DNA from: Acidobacteriota bacterium
GTDB taxonomy: Bacteria > Acidobacteriota > UBA6911 > RPQK01 > JAJDTT01
DNA length: 64,000 bases
NCBI GenBank assembly: GCA_965263035.1
Contig: OZ253580.1
Span: 5,120,001 to 5,184,000 of the forward strand
Reading direction: 5' to 3'
Positions 9,283-18,844 of this stretch are shown piece by piece; positions within the stretch are counted from its first letter, which is position 1, and the number at the start of each line of letters is the position of its first letter. The notes beneath the pieces are model-generated. The model worked only from the letters and a program-made list of their open reading frames with translations, ran no database searches and was not told the DNA's origin. The position numbers and the translations under genes were made by a program.

Positions 9283-10949
9283 GCCTGGAAATCTGGCTCT
9301 CCAATCTCTGGTTCTACAGCCTCCAGACCGGAATCCTGATTCTGGTGGGTGGGCTCCTCGCCTGGATCTTTCGTCTCCGCGAACCCGGCGGCATCCACCT
9401 CTACTGGCGTCTCCTGCTGGCGGGGTGCCTGATGCTGGCGTTTCAGCCTGGGGTGCCGGAATCCTTGCCTGATCCTGCGATCGCGCTTACGCTCGGAGAA
9501 TCTGTGTTTCCCGTCTCTCCGGTGGGGAACGTACAGGCCCGCCCCGTCGCCAATATGTATCCGTGGCTGGGGGGATTGCTGATTTCTGGCATCCTTCTCC
9601 GCCTGGTCTGGCTGGGAATCGGTTTCCGCCGGCTTCACCGCTTGAAGCTAAGAACCCGGCATCTGCCCCTTCCGAGGCATCTGCGGATGATGAAGGAGAG
9701 GTTGGACGTCTCCGCGAGGTTTCGTGTTTCCTCCGAGGTGAGCGGTCCCATCACCTTCGGCATTCTGCAACCCGTTGTCGTCTTTCCTGAGGCGTTTACG
9801 GAATTGGACGAGAGCATGCAGAGTGCTGTTGCCTGCCATGAGCTTTTGCACGTGAAAAGAAGGGATTGGGTATGGAACACCTTGGACGAATTGGTGCGGA
9901 CTTTCTTTTGGTTCCACCCCGGCTTCCATTGGCTCGTCGGCCGCATTCAGCTAACCCGAGAACAGGTAGTGGACGAGCAGGCCGTGACCCTGTTGGGTTC
10001 CAGGCAGATCTATCTTCGATCCCTGGTAGAGATCGCGAAACGGCGTAACAGCACCGCTTTGCCGGCTCCACTGTTTCTCAAGGAATCGCAGCTAAGTCGC
10101 CGCGTGCAGCTTCTGCTCAGACTCCGGGAGGTGAGAATGTCCAAGGCGAGAAAGAATATATCTATGGCCGTCGGTCTTGCATTGCTGGCTGTGATCGGAT
10201 GGTGGAGCTTGTCTGCATTGCCTTTGACGGCCGCTCAGTCGACCCGACTTCCAGAGTCGGAACCTGCGGTTCAGGAGCCGATTCTTGTGGGCAGTAACGT
10301 GATGAAAAGGAAACTGATCCACCGGGTTGATCCCGAGTACCTGTCTCACCTGACTATCGCTCGACCATCGGGTCTCGTCATATTATCCGTCGTGGTCGGC
10401 AAGCAAGGAGAAGTTCAGCAGGTCGAGGTTGTACAGCCCGATAAAGACAAACCTGCCATGGACTCCGCGGCGATGGACGCAGTTAGACAGTGGCGCTATG
10501 AACCGTATTTGTTAGATGGTCAGCCGATTCGTGTCAGGACCACGGTCTTCCTTCGCTTCCCTCCATCCGGAATCTTTCCTCAAATTTTCAAGGTCAAGAA
10601 AGAGATCTGGCGCGAGACTGAATCGGCGCTCAAGAACACTGAAAGAGTGCTAAGGAACACTGAATACCTAATGAATGGGATAGCTCAGGTTTTCCCCCAT
10701 GCCATGGGTGAGAAGGAGGAGATCCGGGGCGAGTTTGAAAGGGTGCGGAAGAAATTTGAGCGTGTCGCGAGCGAGATGGCTAGGATCGATCTTCAGATGT
10801 TGTTGGACAAGAGGAAAGTGGTTCTAGGGGAGATGGCGAGGGCACGGAAGGTCATGGATGGGGTTCGGAGGGAAATAGAGCGCGTCACAAGTGAGATGAC
10901 AGGGCTTGCCTTGGAAACCCGGGAATCGGGAAATAGTTCCGGACCCTAG
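9279..10949 (+). CDS. BlaR1-like M56 peptidase fused to a TonB C-terminal domain and a coiled-coil tail
   Basis: HELLHVKRRD, FWFHP, REQVVDE; TonB_C motifs AAMDAVRQWRYEP..LDGQPI. Confidence 0.85.
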   Translation: MSLEIWLSNLWFYSLQTGILILVGGLLAWIFRLREPGGIHLYWRLLLAGCLMLAFQPGVPESLPDPAIALTLGESVFPVSPVGNVQARPVANMYPWLGGLLISGILLRLVWLGIGFRRLHRLKLRTRHLPLPRHLRMMKERLDVSARFRVSSEVSGPITFGILQPVVVFPEAFTELDESMQSAVACHELLHVKRRDWVWNTLDELVRTFFWFHPGFHWLVGRIQLTREQVVDEQAVTLLGSRQIYLRSLVEIAKRRNSTALPAPLFLKESQLSRRVQLLLRLREVRMSKARKNISMAVGLALLAVIGWWSLSALPLTAAQSTRLPESEPAVQEPILVGSNVMKRKLIHRVDPEYLSHLTIARPSGLVILSVVVGKQGEVQQVEVVQPDKDKPAMDSAAMDAVRQWRYEPYLLDGQPIRVRTTVFLRFPPSGIFPQIFKVKKEIWRETESALKNTERVLRNTEYLMNGIAQVFPHAMGEKEEIRGEFERVRKKFERVASEMARIDLQMLLDKRKVVLGEMARARKVMDGVRREIERVTSEMTGLALETRESGNSSGP

Positions 10950-11014
10950 CGATCCTTGAAAAGAATTCTTTGGTTAGTCCCCGCTGTCAATCGGACAACC
11001 GGTCGATGCGTTAC

Positions 11015-11563
11015 TTATCCCTCGTAATCGCTGCTGTAGGTGACCTGGAGGGCGTTGTTGAACAGGTTCAGAAGCTGAATGAGCCCGATCAGAAACGTCA
11101 GCTCCACGATCTCCTCGTCCGAGAACTCTTGTCGGAGCCGATCGAAAAAGGCCTCCTCGATACCCTTGGCGTCCCGGATCGCCCGGGCAGTGTAATCCAC
11201 CGCCAACGCTTCTCTGCGGGTCAGATGTTCCGGCGCTTCGAGATCCTCGATCTTAGGATCCGGAATGCCGATCATCCGCATGATGGCCCGGTGGGAGTGG
11301 ATACAGAACTGGCATTCGTTGAGAAGCGAGGCTTTCAGGATCACCTTTTCCTTCAGAGCCCGCTCCAGAATCCCGCCGGGGTAGACGCCTTCTCCGGTGG
11401 CTCCGAAGGCCTTCAGAATCTCCGGCCGCAACGACATGGCCTGAAGCATTTCGACCGGCAGTCCACCAGCCTCGGCGAGAGCCCGGCTCTCTTGGAACGC
11501 GGATGAACCTCTCAATTCCCGAAAGACGCGCTTGACTTGATCGGGATCGACAGTGACTCGCAT
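11015..11563 (-). CDS. Carboxymuconolactone decarboxylase/AhpD family protein
   Basis: KEKVILKASLLNECQFCIHSH; FSDEEIVELT. Confidence 0.85.
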   Translation of the reverse strand: MRVTVDPDQVKRVFRELRGSSAFQESRALAEAGGLPVEMLQAMSLRPEILKAFGATGEGVYPGGILERALKEKVILKASLLNECQFCIHSHRAIMRMIGIPDPKIEDLEAPEHLTRREALAVDYTARAIRDAKGIEEAFFDRLRQEFSDEEIVELTFLIGLIQLLNLFNNALQVTYSSDYEG

Positions 11564-11694
11564 ACGACGCCTCCGGTTGAAAGGTTCCTGCCCGGGGACC
11601 GAAACACTGGAATTCTCTCAGGTTCGGATTTAGCATTCATACAGGGCGACGGTACAGTCCTTTTTCCGGTCCACACAGCCGAGGAGGTGAACAG

Positions 11695-12993
11695 ATGTCC
11701 GCTTCGAATCGTCGAGCTTTCTTGAAGGAATCGGGTCTCGGTCTGACGGCGGCCGCCGTCGGGTTGACTCCCGCGGTGGGCAGCGTTCTGGGAGCCAACG
11801 ATCGCCTCCACGTGGGGGTCATCGGCTGCGGCGGCCGGGGGCGGCGGCTGGGCGAGAACTTCGCCGCCCTGGAGGGCTGCCGGGTGACCCACGTCTGCGA
11901 CCCGGACTCCCAGCGCGTGGCGCAGGCCATCGAGCAGACCGGCGCGACTCACGGGGTCGCAGACCTCCGCTACATCCTGGACGATCCGGAGGTGGATGCG
12001 GTGGTCATCGCCACCTGCGATCATTGGCACGCTCCGGCAGCCATCCTAGCCTGCCAGGCCGGCAAGCACGTCTACGTGGAGAAGCCCTGCTCCCACAACG
12101 TCCGGGAGGGACGCCAGATGATCGAGGCCGCCCGCCGTCACGGCCGGGTGATGCAACATGGCACCCAGAGCCGGTCCAGCTCCGGCGTGATCCGAGCCAT
12201 CGGGATGCTCCGGGAAGGAGTGATCGGCGAAGTCCTGGTGGCCAAGCACGTGAACAGCCAGAAACGGCGCAATATCGGGCACGAAAAGCCGTCCCGTCCG
12301 CCTGAGCACCTGGACTACGATCTCTGGGTCGGCCCCGCTGAATGGGCCGAGTACCAGGCCAACTACGTCCACTACCACTGGCACTGGTTCTACAATTTCG
12401 GCACCGGGGACATCGGTAACGACGGCGTCCATGGCATCGACCTCGCCCGCTGGGGGCTCGGCGTTGAGACCCACCCCGGTCTGGTGACCGGCTACGGGTC
12501 CAAGCTCTTCTTCGACGACGATCAGGAATTCCCCGACACCTACACGGTGACGTTCGTCTATCCCGGGGGCGCCGGCGACTCGCGGGAGCGCCTGCTGGTC
12601 TACGAGCAGCGTATCTGGTCGCCCTATCGAAACGACGCTCAGGACAACAGCCTCTACTTCTACGGCACCGAGGGGATGATGACGCTGGGAGGGCAGGGAA
12701 TCCGGATCTACGGCAAGAAGAACGAGCTGATCCGCCAGGAGGAACGGTATGAGCTCACCAGGGGAGTTCACCAGAAGGACTTCCTGGACGCCATTCGATC
12801 CGGTGGACGCCCAGTGGCGGATATCGAGGTCGGCCACCTCTCCTCCACTCTCCCCCATCTGGGGAACATCGTGGCCCGGACGAATCGAAGCGTCCGCTTC
12901 GACGCGGATCGGGAGCGGATCGTGGGAGACGACGAGGCCAACGCGCTGCTGGCCCGCCGCTACCGGCCCGGCCACTGGGCCGTGCCGAGCTGA
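11695..12993 (+). CDS. Gfo/Idh/MocA oxidoreductase, Tat signal
   Basis: NRRAFLK, GVIGCGGRG, GKHVYVEKP, NDGVHGID. Confidence 0.9.
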   Translation: MSASNRRAFLKESGLGLTAAAVGLTPAVGSVLGANDRLHVGVIGCGGRGRRLGENFAALEGCRVTHVCDPDSQRVAQAIEQTGATHGVADLRYILDDPEVDAVVIATCDHWHAPAAILACQAGKHVYVEKPCSHNVREGRQMIEAARRHGRVMQHGTQSRSSSGVIRAIGMLREGVIGEVLVAKHVNSQKRRNIGHEKPSRPPEHLDYDLWVGPAEWAEYQANYVHYHWHWFYNFGTGDIGNDGVHGIDLARWGLGVETHPGLVTGYGSKLFFDDDQEFPDTYTVTFVYPGGAGDSRERLLVYEQRIWSPYRNDAQDNSLYFYGTEGMMTLGGQGIRIYGKKNELIRQEERYELTRGVHQKDFLDAIRSGGRPVADIEVGHLSSTLPHLGNIVARTNRSVRFDADRERIVGDDEANALLARRYRPGHWAVPS

Positions 12994-13003
12994 GGCGCAA
13001 TGA

Positions 13004-13345
13004 TCAGGCCTTCAGCGAGACCGTGGCTATAAGCTGACACTCGGCCCCGGCTGGAAGTTCCGCTCGGAGCCGCAGGTAGGTGCCGAAGTGGAGAACCCGG
13101 CAGAAGGTCAACTCGCCCACCCGGCCGGGCAGGGCGAGGGTAGTGCCCTCATCGACCCAATGCACACCGTCGGGCGAGATCTGGACCGCGGCGCGAGCGT
13201 CGTCGACTTCTCCCTGCACTCGTAGGGCTCGAAGAAAGAAGATGACTTCCGAGGCCCAGGCGGCTTCGTAGGGCTCGGTCGCGACCTCGTTCTGCCAGTC
13301 TTCGCCCAGCGAGAGAATTGCCGTGTGACTCTCTCGCAACCTCAA
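13004..13345 (-). CDS. Conserved hypothetical protein (about 112 aa)
   Basis: ATEPYEAAWASE...VQISPDG.HWVDEG; start probably a TTG overlapping the upstream stop. Confidence 0.55.
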   Translation of the reverse strand: MRLRESHTAILSLGEDWQNEVATEPYEAAWASEVIFFLRALRVQGEVDDARAAVQISPDGVHWVDEGTTLALPGRVGELTFCRVLHFGTYLRLRAELPAGAECQLIATVSLKA

Positions 13346-14235
13346 TCCCAGTCTCCCGACAAGATCACGGAGTCGACGTAGTAGAAGGCCCTCTTGTCCA
13401 CGTCCGTCTCGACGAAGAAGGCGACATTGAGCATGTTCCTCAGATTGGGCATGGCGGGAATGACGATGGGGTCGATGCCGTCCATGTCGTAAGCCATGCC
13501 GTTGCAGCGGAAATGCGTGTAGCGCATGCTCCGCAAGTCGAACCCCACCTTGACATAGTGCCAGTTCACCTTGGTCGGAATCTCGTTGTAGCACAGCTCC
13601 TGACCGCGGTCCGAGAGGGGGCGCCAGTCCCGGTCGGCCAGGTGATGATGCGTGACCGTCTTCTCACCCACGCGGACGAAATCGACGGTCTGCTTCTTGT
13701 ACTGCCAGCGTTGCACCCTCCGGCCGTCCCTGGCGTTGAGGTATCTCAGGTGCGGCATCACGCGATGGGTATCGTCCTGGAGGTCGAACAGGACGCCTAC
13801 GGAGCGAACGTCCAGGTCCGAGAGCCGGAGCTCGGAGGCCTCGGGCTTGAAGGTGAAGAAGAACTCCAACTGGATGGGACAGGGTCTGGAGAAGGTCACC
13901 CGTTTGATGGCGACTCCCTGGGCGCCGCTCTGAGGACGAGTGGCCATCTTCAGTGCGTAGCTGCCGCTCATGGCCCCATGGGTTCCCCCGTCCCAGTGGG
14001 TCAGGTTGCTCAGCATCGGCTGGGTCAGGGACCTGTAGCCGGGATGCATGCGGTCGAGGCTTCCCTCGTAATTGCCGATCAGCGCCGTCCAACCATTCAT
14101 TCCCTGGTTGAAATCGTCGTAATAAAAGATCCGCGGCAGCGGATCGAAGCGGCTCAGAGAGGGGTGGGAACGAAAGGGGAGACTATGCGGTGACCCCATC
14201 CAACATCCCTGCGCCCGAGAAAACGGGCGGCTCAT
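13342..14235 (-). CDS. Conserved hypothetical protein
   Basis: 297-aa ORF with protein-like composition, coupled to the downstream gene. Confidence 0.65.
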   Translation of the reverse strand: MSRPFSRAQGCWMGSPHSLPFRSHPSLSRFDPLPRIFYYDDFNQGMNGWTALIGNYEGSLDRMHPGYRSLTQPMLSNLTHWDGGTHGAMSGSYALKMATRPQSGAQGVAIKRVTFSRPCPIQLEFFFTFKPEASELRLSDLDVRSVGVLFDLQDDTHRVMPHLRYLNARDGRRVQRWQYKKQTVDFVRVGEKTVTHHHLADRDWRPLSDRGQELCYNEIPTKVNWHYVKVGFDLRSMRYTHFRCNGMAYDMDGIDPIVIPAMPNLRNMLNVAFFVETDVDKRAFYYVDSVILSGDWD

Positions 14236-14323
14236 GACTTGCGATCATCCCGCGGGGCTACTTCCTGATGCCGCGAAGTATACGCGCCTCGTATGACCGG
14301 AAGACCCAGTCACGTAAGTCACC

Positions 14324-14360
14324 TGTCAATGGCCACTGAGAATTGCACACATCGCAGGAG
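14324..14360. mobile_element. Solo IS21-family terminal repeat remnant
   Basis: TGTCAATGGCCACTGAGAATTGCACACATCGCAGGAG matches the IS21 end at 60577 with 3 mismatches in 37 bp. Confidence 0.65.
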
Positions 14361-14449
14361 GCCGAGACGTTGACTCCAGACATCTCTGAGTTCAGGGTGG
14401 TGAAGCGCGAGCCGAGGCTCGTCGGACGGAGTTTCGGGAGGGACGATGC

Positions 14450-15193
14450 ATGGACTACGAAGCGATTGCGCTTGAATACCACGAGAACGGATTCGGGGTC
14501 GTGCCCGGGTTCTTCTCATCCGAGGAACTGGCTGTAGTGGACCGGAAACTCCGCCTCTTTCTGCAGGAATCCCTTTCCGATCTGGAAGCCGGCGAAGCCT
14601 ACTTTGAGGATGGCGACGATGGTGCGGTGCGGTGCGTTTTCAGGATCAACCAACGCTCCGACTTTTTTGCAAGCCTGATGTGGGATCCTCGTCTGATTGC
14701 GCTCGTCGAGGCGCTCTATCCCGGCTTGGCGGCGGAGGCGGACGGCGTGATGCTGATCGACAAGGCCCCCTACGCCACCTACCAGTTCCCCTATCATCAG
14801 GACAATGCCTACCAGTTCTGGAACCCGGCGGAGGCCGTCGCCGTCACCTTGGCCCTGGACGAGGCCAATGACCGGAACGGGTCCATCGTCTGCCTGAAGG
14901 GCTCGCACAACGCTCCCATCCTGCCGCACCGGGCTTCGGGAGTCACCGGCGCCAGCCTGGGCCTGATGGAGAAGCCGGACCTCGGCCGCCACCCTGAGGT
15001 GTCACTCGACCTGAAGCCCGGGGATCTTTCGCTCCACCACGTCAACGTGATCCATCGTACCGGACCGAATCGCACTGCCGATCACAGGCGCAACCTCGGC
15101 TTCGCCTACCACTCTTCCCGGGCCCGGCGGGACCGGGAGGCCCACGCCCGCTACCAGGAACATCTGGGCCGGATCAACACCTCGATCGGGTAG
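14450..15193 (+). CDS. Phytanoyl-CoA dioxygenase (PhyH) family Fe(II)/2-oxoglutarate enzyme
   Basis: YHENGF, PYHQDNAY, GSH, HRTGPN...RR. Confidence 0.85.
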   Translation: MDYEAIALEYHENGFGVVPGFFSSEELAVVDRKLRLFLQESLSDLEAGEAYFEDGDDGAVRCVFRINQRSDFFASLMWDPRLIALVEALYPGLAAEADGVMLIDKAPYATYQFPYHQDNAYQFWNPAEAVAVTLALDEANDRNGSIVCLKGSHNAPILPHRASGVTGASLGLMEKPDLGRHPEVSLDLKPGDLSLHHVNVIHRTGPNRTADHRRNLGFAYHSSRARRDREAHARYQEHLGRINTSIG

Positions 15194-15291
15194 GCGAACT
15201 GAACAGTCGATGCTATCGGCGTGAGAGCCGATCGGGGCGTGGGCGACTGGCAGATCGCCCCTCCGGGTCGCCTTGATCGGCTTCGGACGCT

Positions 15292-16434
15292 GTGCCATTC
15301 TCGCGGCGAGTGACACAGACCTCGCCCAACACCACCTCATCGCCCCGAAACATCACCAGGAAACGCCTGACGCGGGATCTCATTCGACTTGGGGTCCGCC
15401 GGGGGGACTGCGTCATGCTTCACAGCTCCCTGAGCAGCCTGGGGTGGGTTGACGGGGGTGCGGCGACGGTGGTGGAGGCGTTCCTGGACGCCATGGGACC
15501 GGAGGGGACGTTGCTGACGCCGGCCTTTACGGGAGGAGCCTGGACCGAGTACATGGCCCTTCCGGACTGCCGCGACGTCTGCCCCCAGCCCTTCTGTCCC
15601 AGCCAGTGGGCCAGCCGGGAGGGAGCGATCCCGAACGCCGCCCTGCAGCGCCCCGGTCGTCTCCGAGGGTGCCATCCCACCCACTCCTGGATCGCCAACG
15701 GGGCGCGGCGCCAGGAGGCGCTACGCGGTCAACGGGACTGTCCGACTCCCTGCGGCCGAGGGAATCCGTTCGAGAAGGTGGTGGAGTGGGACGGCTGCAT
15801 CGTCATCCTGGGAGTCGGCGTCGACACCATCACGCTCTGGCACTATTACGAGGATCTCTTGGATGTGGACTATCTGGGCTACTACCATCCGGAGGCGCGG
15901 CATCTCTCCTACTGCGCCACCGGAAAGCGGATTCAATACGACTTCCCCGGGATCATGCAGGACGTGGTCCGAGCCTCCACGATCATGACTGTGGGAAAGG
16001 TCGGGAGAAGCGAGTCGGGGTTGATCCGGGCTCGCGTCTTCCGCCGGTTCATGGCCACCATCATGGCCGACGATCCCGATTGTTTCGTGTTGAGACCGGC
16101 GGATGCGGCAAACGGGGACTTGGCCGCCGACGCATTGGCCAAGGGATCCGCCATGCTCCGGGCCTGGCGCCGGGGTCCCGTTGAATTGCCCGTGCGGATC
16201 GACCTGCCGCAAGGCTACGACGATCTGGTCCGGGAGGACTGCCCCTCTTTTGCCGGCTACCACGAGGCGGTCGGCCGGCGATGGCCTCTCTGCTGGGCCA
16301 ACGACCGGCATCCGGAGTTGCACCACCACGGAGGAATCTTCGATCGTCTGGGAAAGACCTGCTGTGGCCGGTGTTCCTGGCACCATCGCTATCCGGAGGG
16401 ATCGGCCCGGTCGGAGAACGAAGGTCAAGGTTAG
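15292..16434 (+). CDS. AAC(3)/YokD family N-acetyltransferase with Cys-rich C-terminal extension
   Basis: LGVRRGDCVMLHSSLSSLGWVDGG, GTLLTPAF, HPTHS, LGV..T.WHY.E. Confidence 0.8.
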   Translation: MPFSRRVTQTSPNTTSSPRNITRKRLTRDLIRLGVRRGDCVMLHSSLSSLGWVDGGAATVVEAFLDAMGPEGTLLTPAFTGGAWTEYMALPDCRDVCPQPFCPSQWASREGAIPNAALQRPGRLRGCHPTHSWIANGARRQEALRGQRDCPTPCGRGNPFEKVVEWDGCIVILGVGVDTITLWHYYEDLLDVDYLGYYHPEARHLSYCATGKRIQYDFPGIMQDVVRASTIMTVGKVGRSESGLIRARVFRRFMATIMADDPDCFVLRPADAANGDLAADALAKGSAMLRAWRRGPVELPVRIDLPQGYDDLVREDCPSFAGYHEAVGRRWPLCWANDRHPELHHHGGIFDRLGKTCCGRCSWHHRYPEGSARSENEGQG

Positions 16435-16444
16435 CCGGAACTTC

Positions 16445-17162
16445 TCACCGGGATTCGAACCGAAAGGCGAACAGGTCCGCGTCCTTCAGGACGAAGCGAA
16501 GACGCACATCTCGTCCGGCCAGCTCGCCGACGTCCGGACCCTCCGTCCAGCGGACCTCCCGCTCCAGCTCGTCCCCGAACGTGGGCGGGCAATCCTCCAG
16601 GCTGTAGCCTTCCAAGGGATTTCCCGCGGCGTCCTGGATCTCCACGCGAAGGCTCCCCGCCGCCGAAGTGGAGAAGTTCAGCAGCAGCCGATCCCCCAGG
16701 AAGCGAATGGGGCGAGTGACGATCTCCCCGCCCGACATGGGTGCCGAGACCGTCACGAACCCGTCCAACCTCAGGGTGTAACGCCGCAGGTTGAGACTCT
16801 CGCCTGTCCAGTACCCCTCGGTGGCGTAGATCGAAATCTCGTTGGGAGCTCCCTCGATGTGGCTTCGGGTCTCCACCAGACCCCAGTTCTGATTGTTGTC
16901 CCCGTAGACCCAGTTATCCACCGGTCTCAGACCAGGACGGATGAAGGCTTCCCGCCAGCGGTGGAAGTGGATCCGGTCGCGGCTTGCCATCAGGAGACCG
17001 TCGGTGAGGCCGGTTCCGTAACGGAGGCTGACGCCGGCTCGCAGCCGGCGATGCTCCAATCCCGGGAGGGCTCTCATGGAATCGGACCATCCCCGCTCAA
17101 GGTAGCGGTTGGGAAACCCCAGCAGGATGTGAGGGGCCCGGTGGTAGGGAATGATCTGGTTG
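16445..17162 (-). pseudogene. 3' half of a beta-propeller glycoside hydrolase gene split by the integrated element
   Basis: Begins NQIIPYHRAPHILLGFP and continues the 5' half ending ...EHLYTNQ at 29381. Confidence 0.85.
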
Positions 17163-17179
17163 TTATGCACATGTTCCCG
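17146..17179 (+). other. Left attachment site, 34-bp lox-like (13-8-13)
   Basis: AGGGAATGATCTG GTTGTTAT GCACATGTTCCCG; shares core CTGGTTG (17156-17162) with the right end. Confidence 0.75.
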
Positions 17180-17211
17180 TCATATGAATCTGTTACTATA
17201 TGGAGGAACAC

Positions 17212-18174
17212 ATGAGCATAAACCTAGCAGAATCAAGACTTTCCATTGTCCCAAAGATGGAACAGGATGCTACGCTATCCAAGCTTCTGTCTCAATCCCA
17301 CAGCATTAACACGCTCAAGGCATATAATGGACAGGTGAACGTTGCCAAGCGCCGGGGACTTGATACTGACAACCTCACAGACTATTCCATCGCTCGATAT
17401 GTCGCCCTCATGATGGACAAGGGGACCGCCTATGCCAGCGCCTACAATGCCGTGAAAAGCTTGAACTGGTATTGGAGAGAAACCCATGGGCGCAAGGCTA
17501 CTGGCCCCATGACGAAAAAAGCCCTCGAAGGATTCCACCGAGACCATGAAGCGCAGAAGCGAGGCTACGGCCAAGTGGACGGGATCACCTGGAAAATGGC
17601 CGATCAGGTCTGTTCTAGGCTGGATCAACTCCGGACCCTGACCGCCCTTCGAGATTCCATGATCTTCGGCATTATGTCGGATGCCCTTCTCAGAGCTTCC
17701 GAGATGGTCAACGTGAGAGTAGAAGATATCGTGAGAGATCCATCCGGTTCCGGACTGGTAATCATCCGCCGATCTAAAACAGACCAGTACGCCGAAGGGG
17801 ACACCCGATATCTCAGGGCCGAGACTCTGAAACGGATAGACACCTTCCTGGATAGAGTCGGCATCACGTCAGGTCATATCGCCGTCAGGTTCCATTCCAA
17901 CCGGTACACCCGAGCAGTCATGGTAAAGTCTCAGAAGCCACTCAAGACACCTGGAATCCGCCAACTCACCGTCCGAAGGTTGACTCAAGCTGGATACCAT
18001 GGCCGGTTCGGTTCGCACTCGTTCCGAGTAGGGTCCGCTCAGGAACTCGCCCGCAATGGTGCCGGAGATATTGACATCATGAGAGCAGGTGGATGGAAGA
18101 GAGCCGACACCGCCGCGAGATACACAAGGAACGTTGAGGCTGGTAGATCCGCAATGGCGAGACTCAGGGGATAG
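17212..18174 (+). CDS. Cre-like tyrosine recombinase/integrase
   Basis: RBS GGAGG; DALLRASE (R), RRSKTDQ (K), GSHSFRVGSA (HxxR), MRAGGW, ARY (Y); 320 aa, apparently no arm-binding domain. Confidence 0.9.
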   Translation: MSINLAESRLSIVPKMEQDATLSKLLSQSHSINTLKAYNGQVNVAKRRGLDTDNLTDYSIARYVALMMDKGTAYASAYNAVKSLNWYWRETHGRKATGPMTKKALEGFHRDHEAQKRGYGQVDGITWKMADQVCSRLDQLRTLTALRDSMIFGIMSDALLRASEMVNVRVEDIVRDPSGSGLVIIRRSKTDQYAEGDTRYLRAETLKRIDTFLDRVGITSGHIAVRFHSNRYTRAVMVKSQKPLKTPGIRQLTVRRLTQAGYHGRFGSHSFRVGSAQELARNGAGDIDIMRAGGWKRADTAARYTRNVEAGRSAMARLRG

Positions 18175-18181
18175 GAGAAAA

Positions 18182-18694
18182 TCAAGCCCCTGTAGGCCAC
18201 TTAGTACTCACGTAACGATATGACCTAGCGCGTTTTAGATTGCCCACCCTTGCCCACGCTTCGAAGAAGGGCAGAACGCGCCACCACTGTTCCAAGTCAT
18301 TTAACTTGGGATATTGAATCCCGAGTCTGTCCAGCTTATGTGTGACCGTCAACAGTGTCGTCCTCAAATCAGGAGAAATCCGAGGCTTTTGTGGATCGTT
18401 AGAAACTTCGAGCGTGTACTCAACTCCATTCCTCAGATGGTGGATGTCGTCCTCTAGAGCACGAAACTTGTTCTTAGGTCTCCACAAACGGACAGCGTCC
18501 CAACAGAAATTGATGGGAAGCACAATTGAAAACACCACCGCTATACAGGCCAGTAACAGGAAGAAAGGCGGGTGGATTTCTAAGTTTCCTAGCACCTTCC
18601 TCGGACCACTGTGAAGGGTCGAAACAAACATCCAGATTGCCCATATATCGATTCCCATAAAACTAGCAATCGTGGCAATTCTTCGAATCCGCAC
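18182..18694 (-). CDS. Hypothetical membrane protein (element cargo)
   Basis: 170 aa with two N-terminal hydrophobic segments; converges on the integrase. Confidence 0.6.
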   Translation of the reverse strand: MRIRRIATIASFMGIDIWAIWMFVSTLHSGPRKVLGNLEIHPPFFLLLACIAVVFSIVLPINFCWDAVRLWRPKNKFRALEDDIHHLRNGVEYTLEVSNDPQKPRISPDLRTTLLTVTHKLDRLGIQYPKLNDLEQWWRVLPFFEAWARVGNLKRARSYRYVSTKWPTGA

Positions 18695-18844
18695 CCAAGC
18701 ACTCTACACCCTATCCCGTATTTGCGTCGAGTGAACAATCACCCATGAACCGGCCCGGCCCATGCTCTGGTACTCGTGAATCAGGGGAGCCAAGAGAGAG
18801 CCTGTCAGAGCCCCTAGAATCGACGTTCTACCGGGAGACGGCCC

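Noticed and set aside
15292-16434. Aminoglycoside resistance gene
   Set aside because: Fold membership alone does not show resistance; extra domains and chromosomal metabolic context argue against it.
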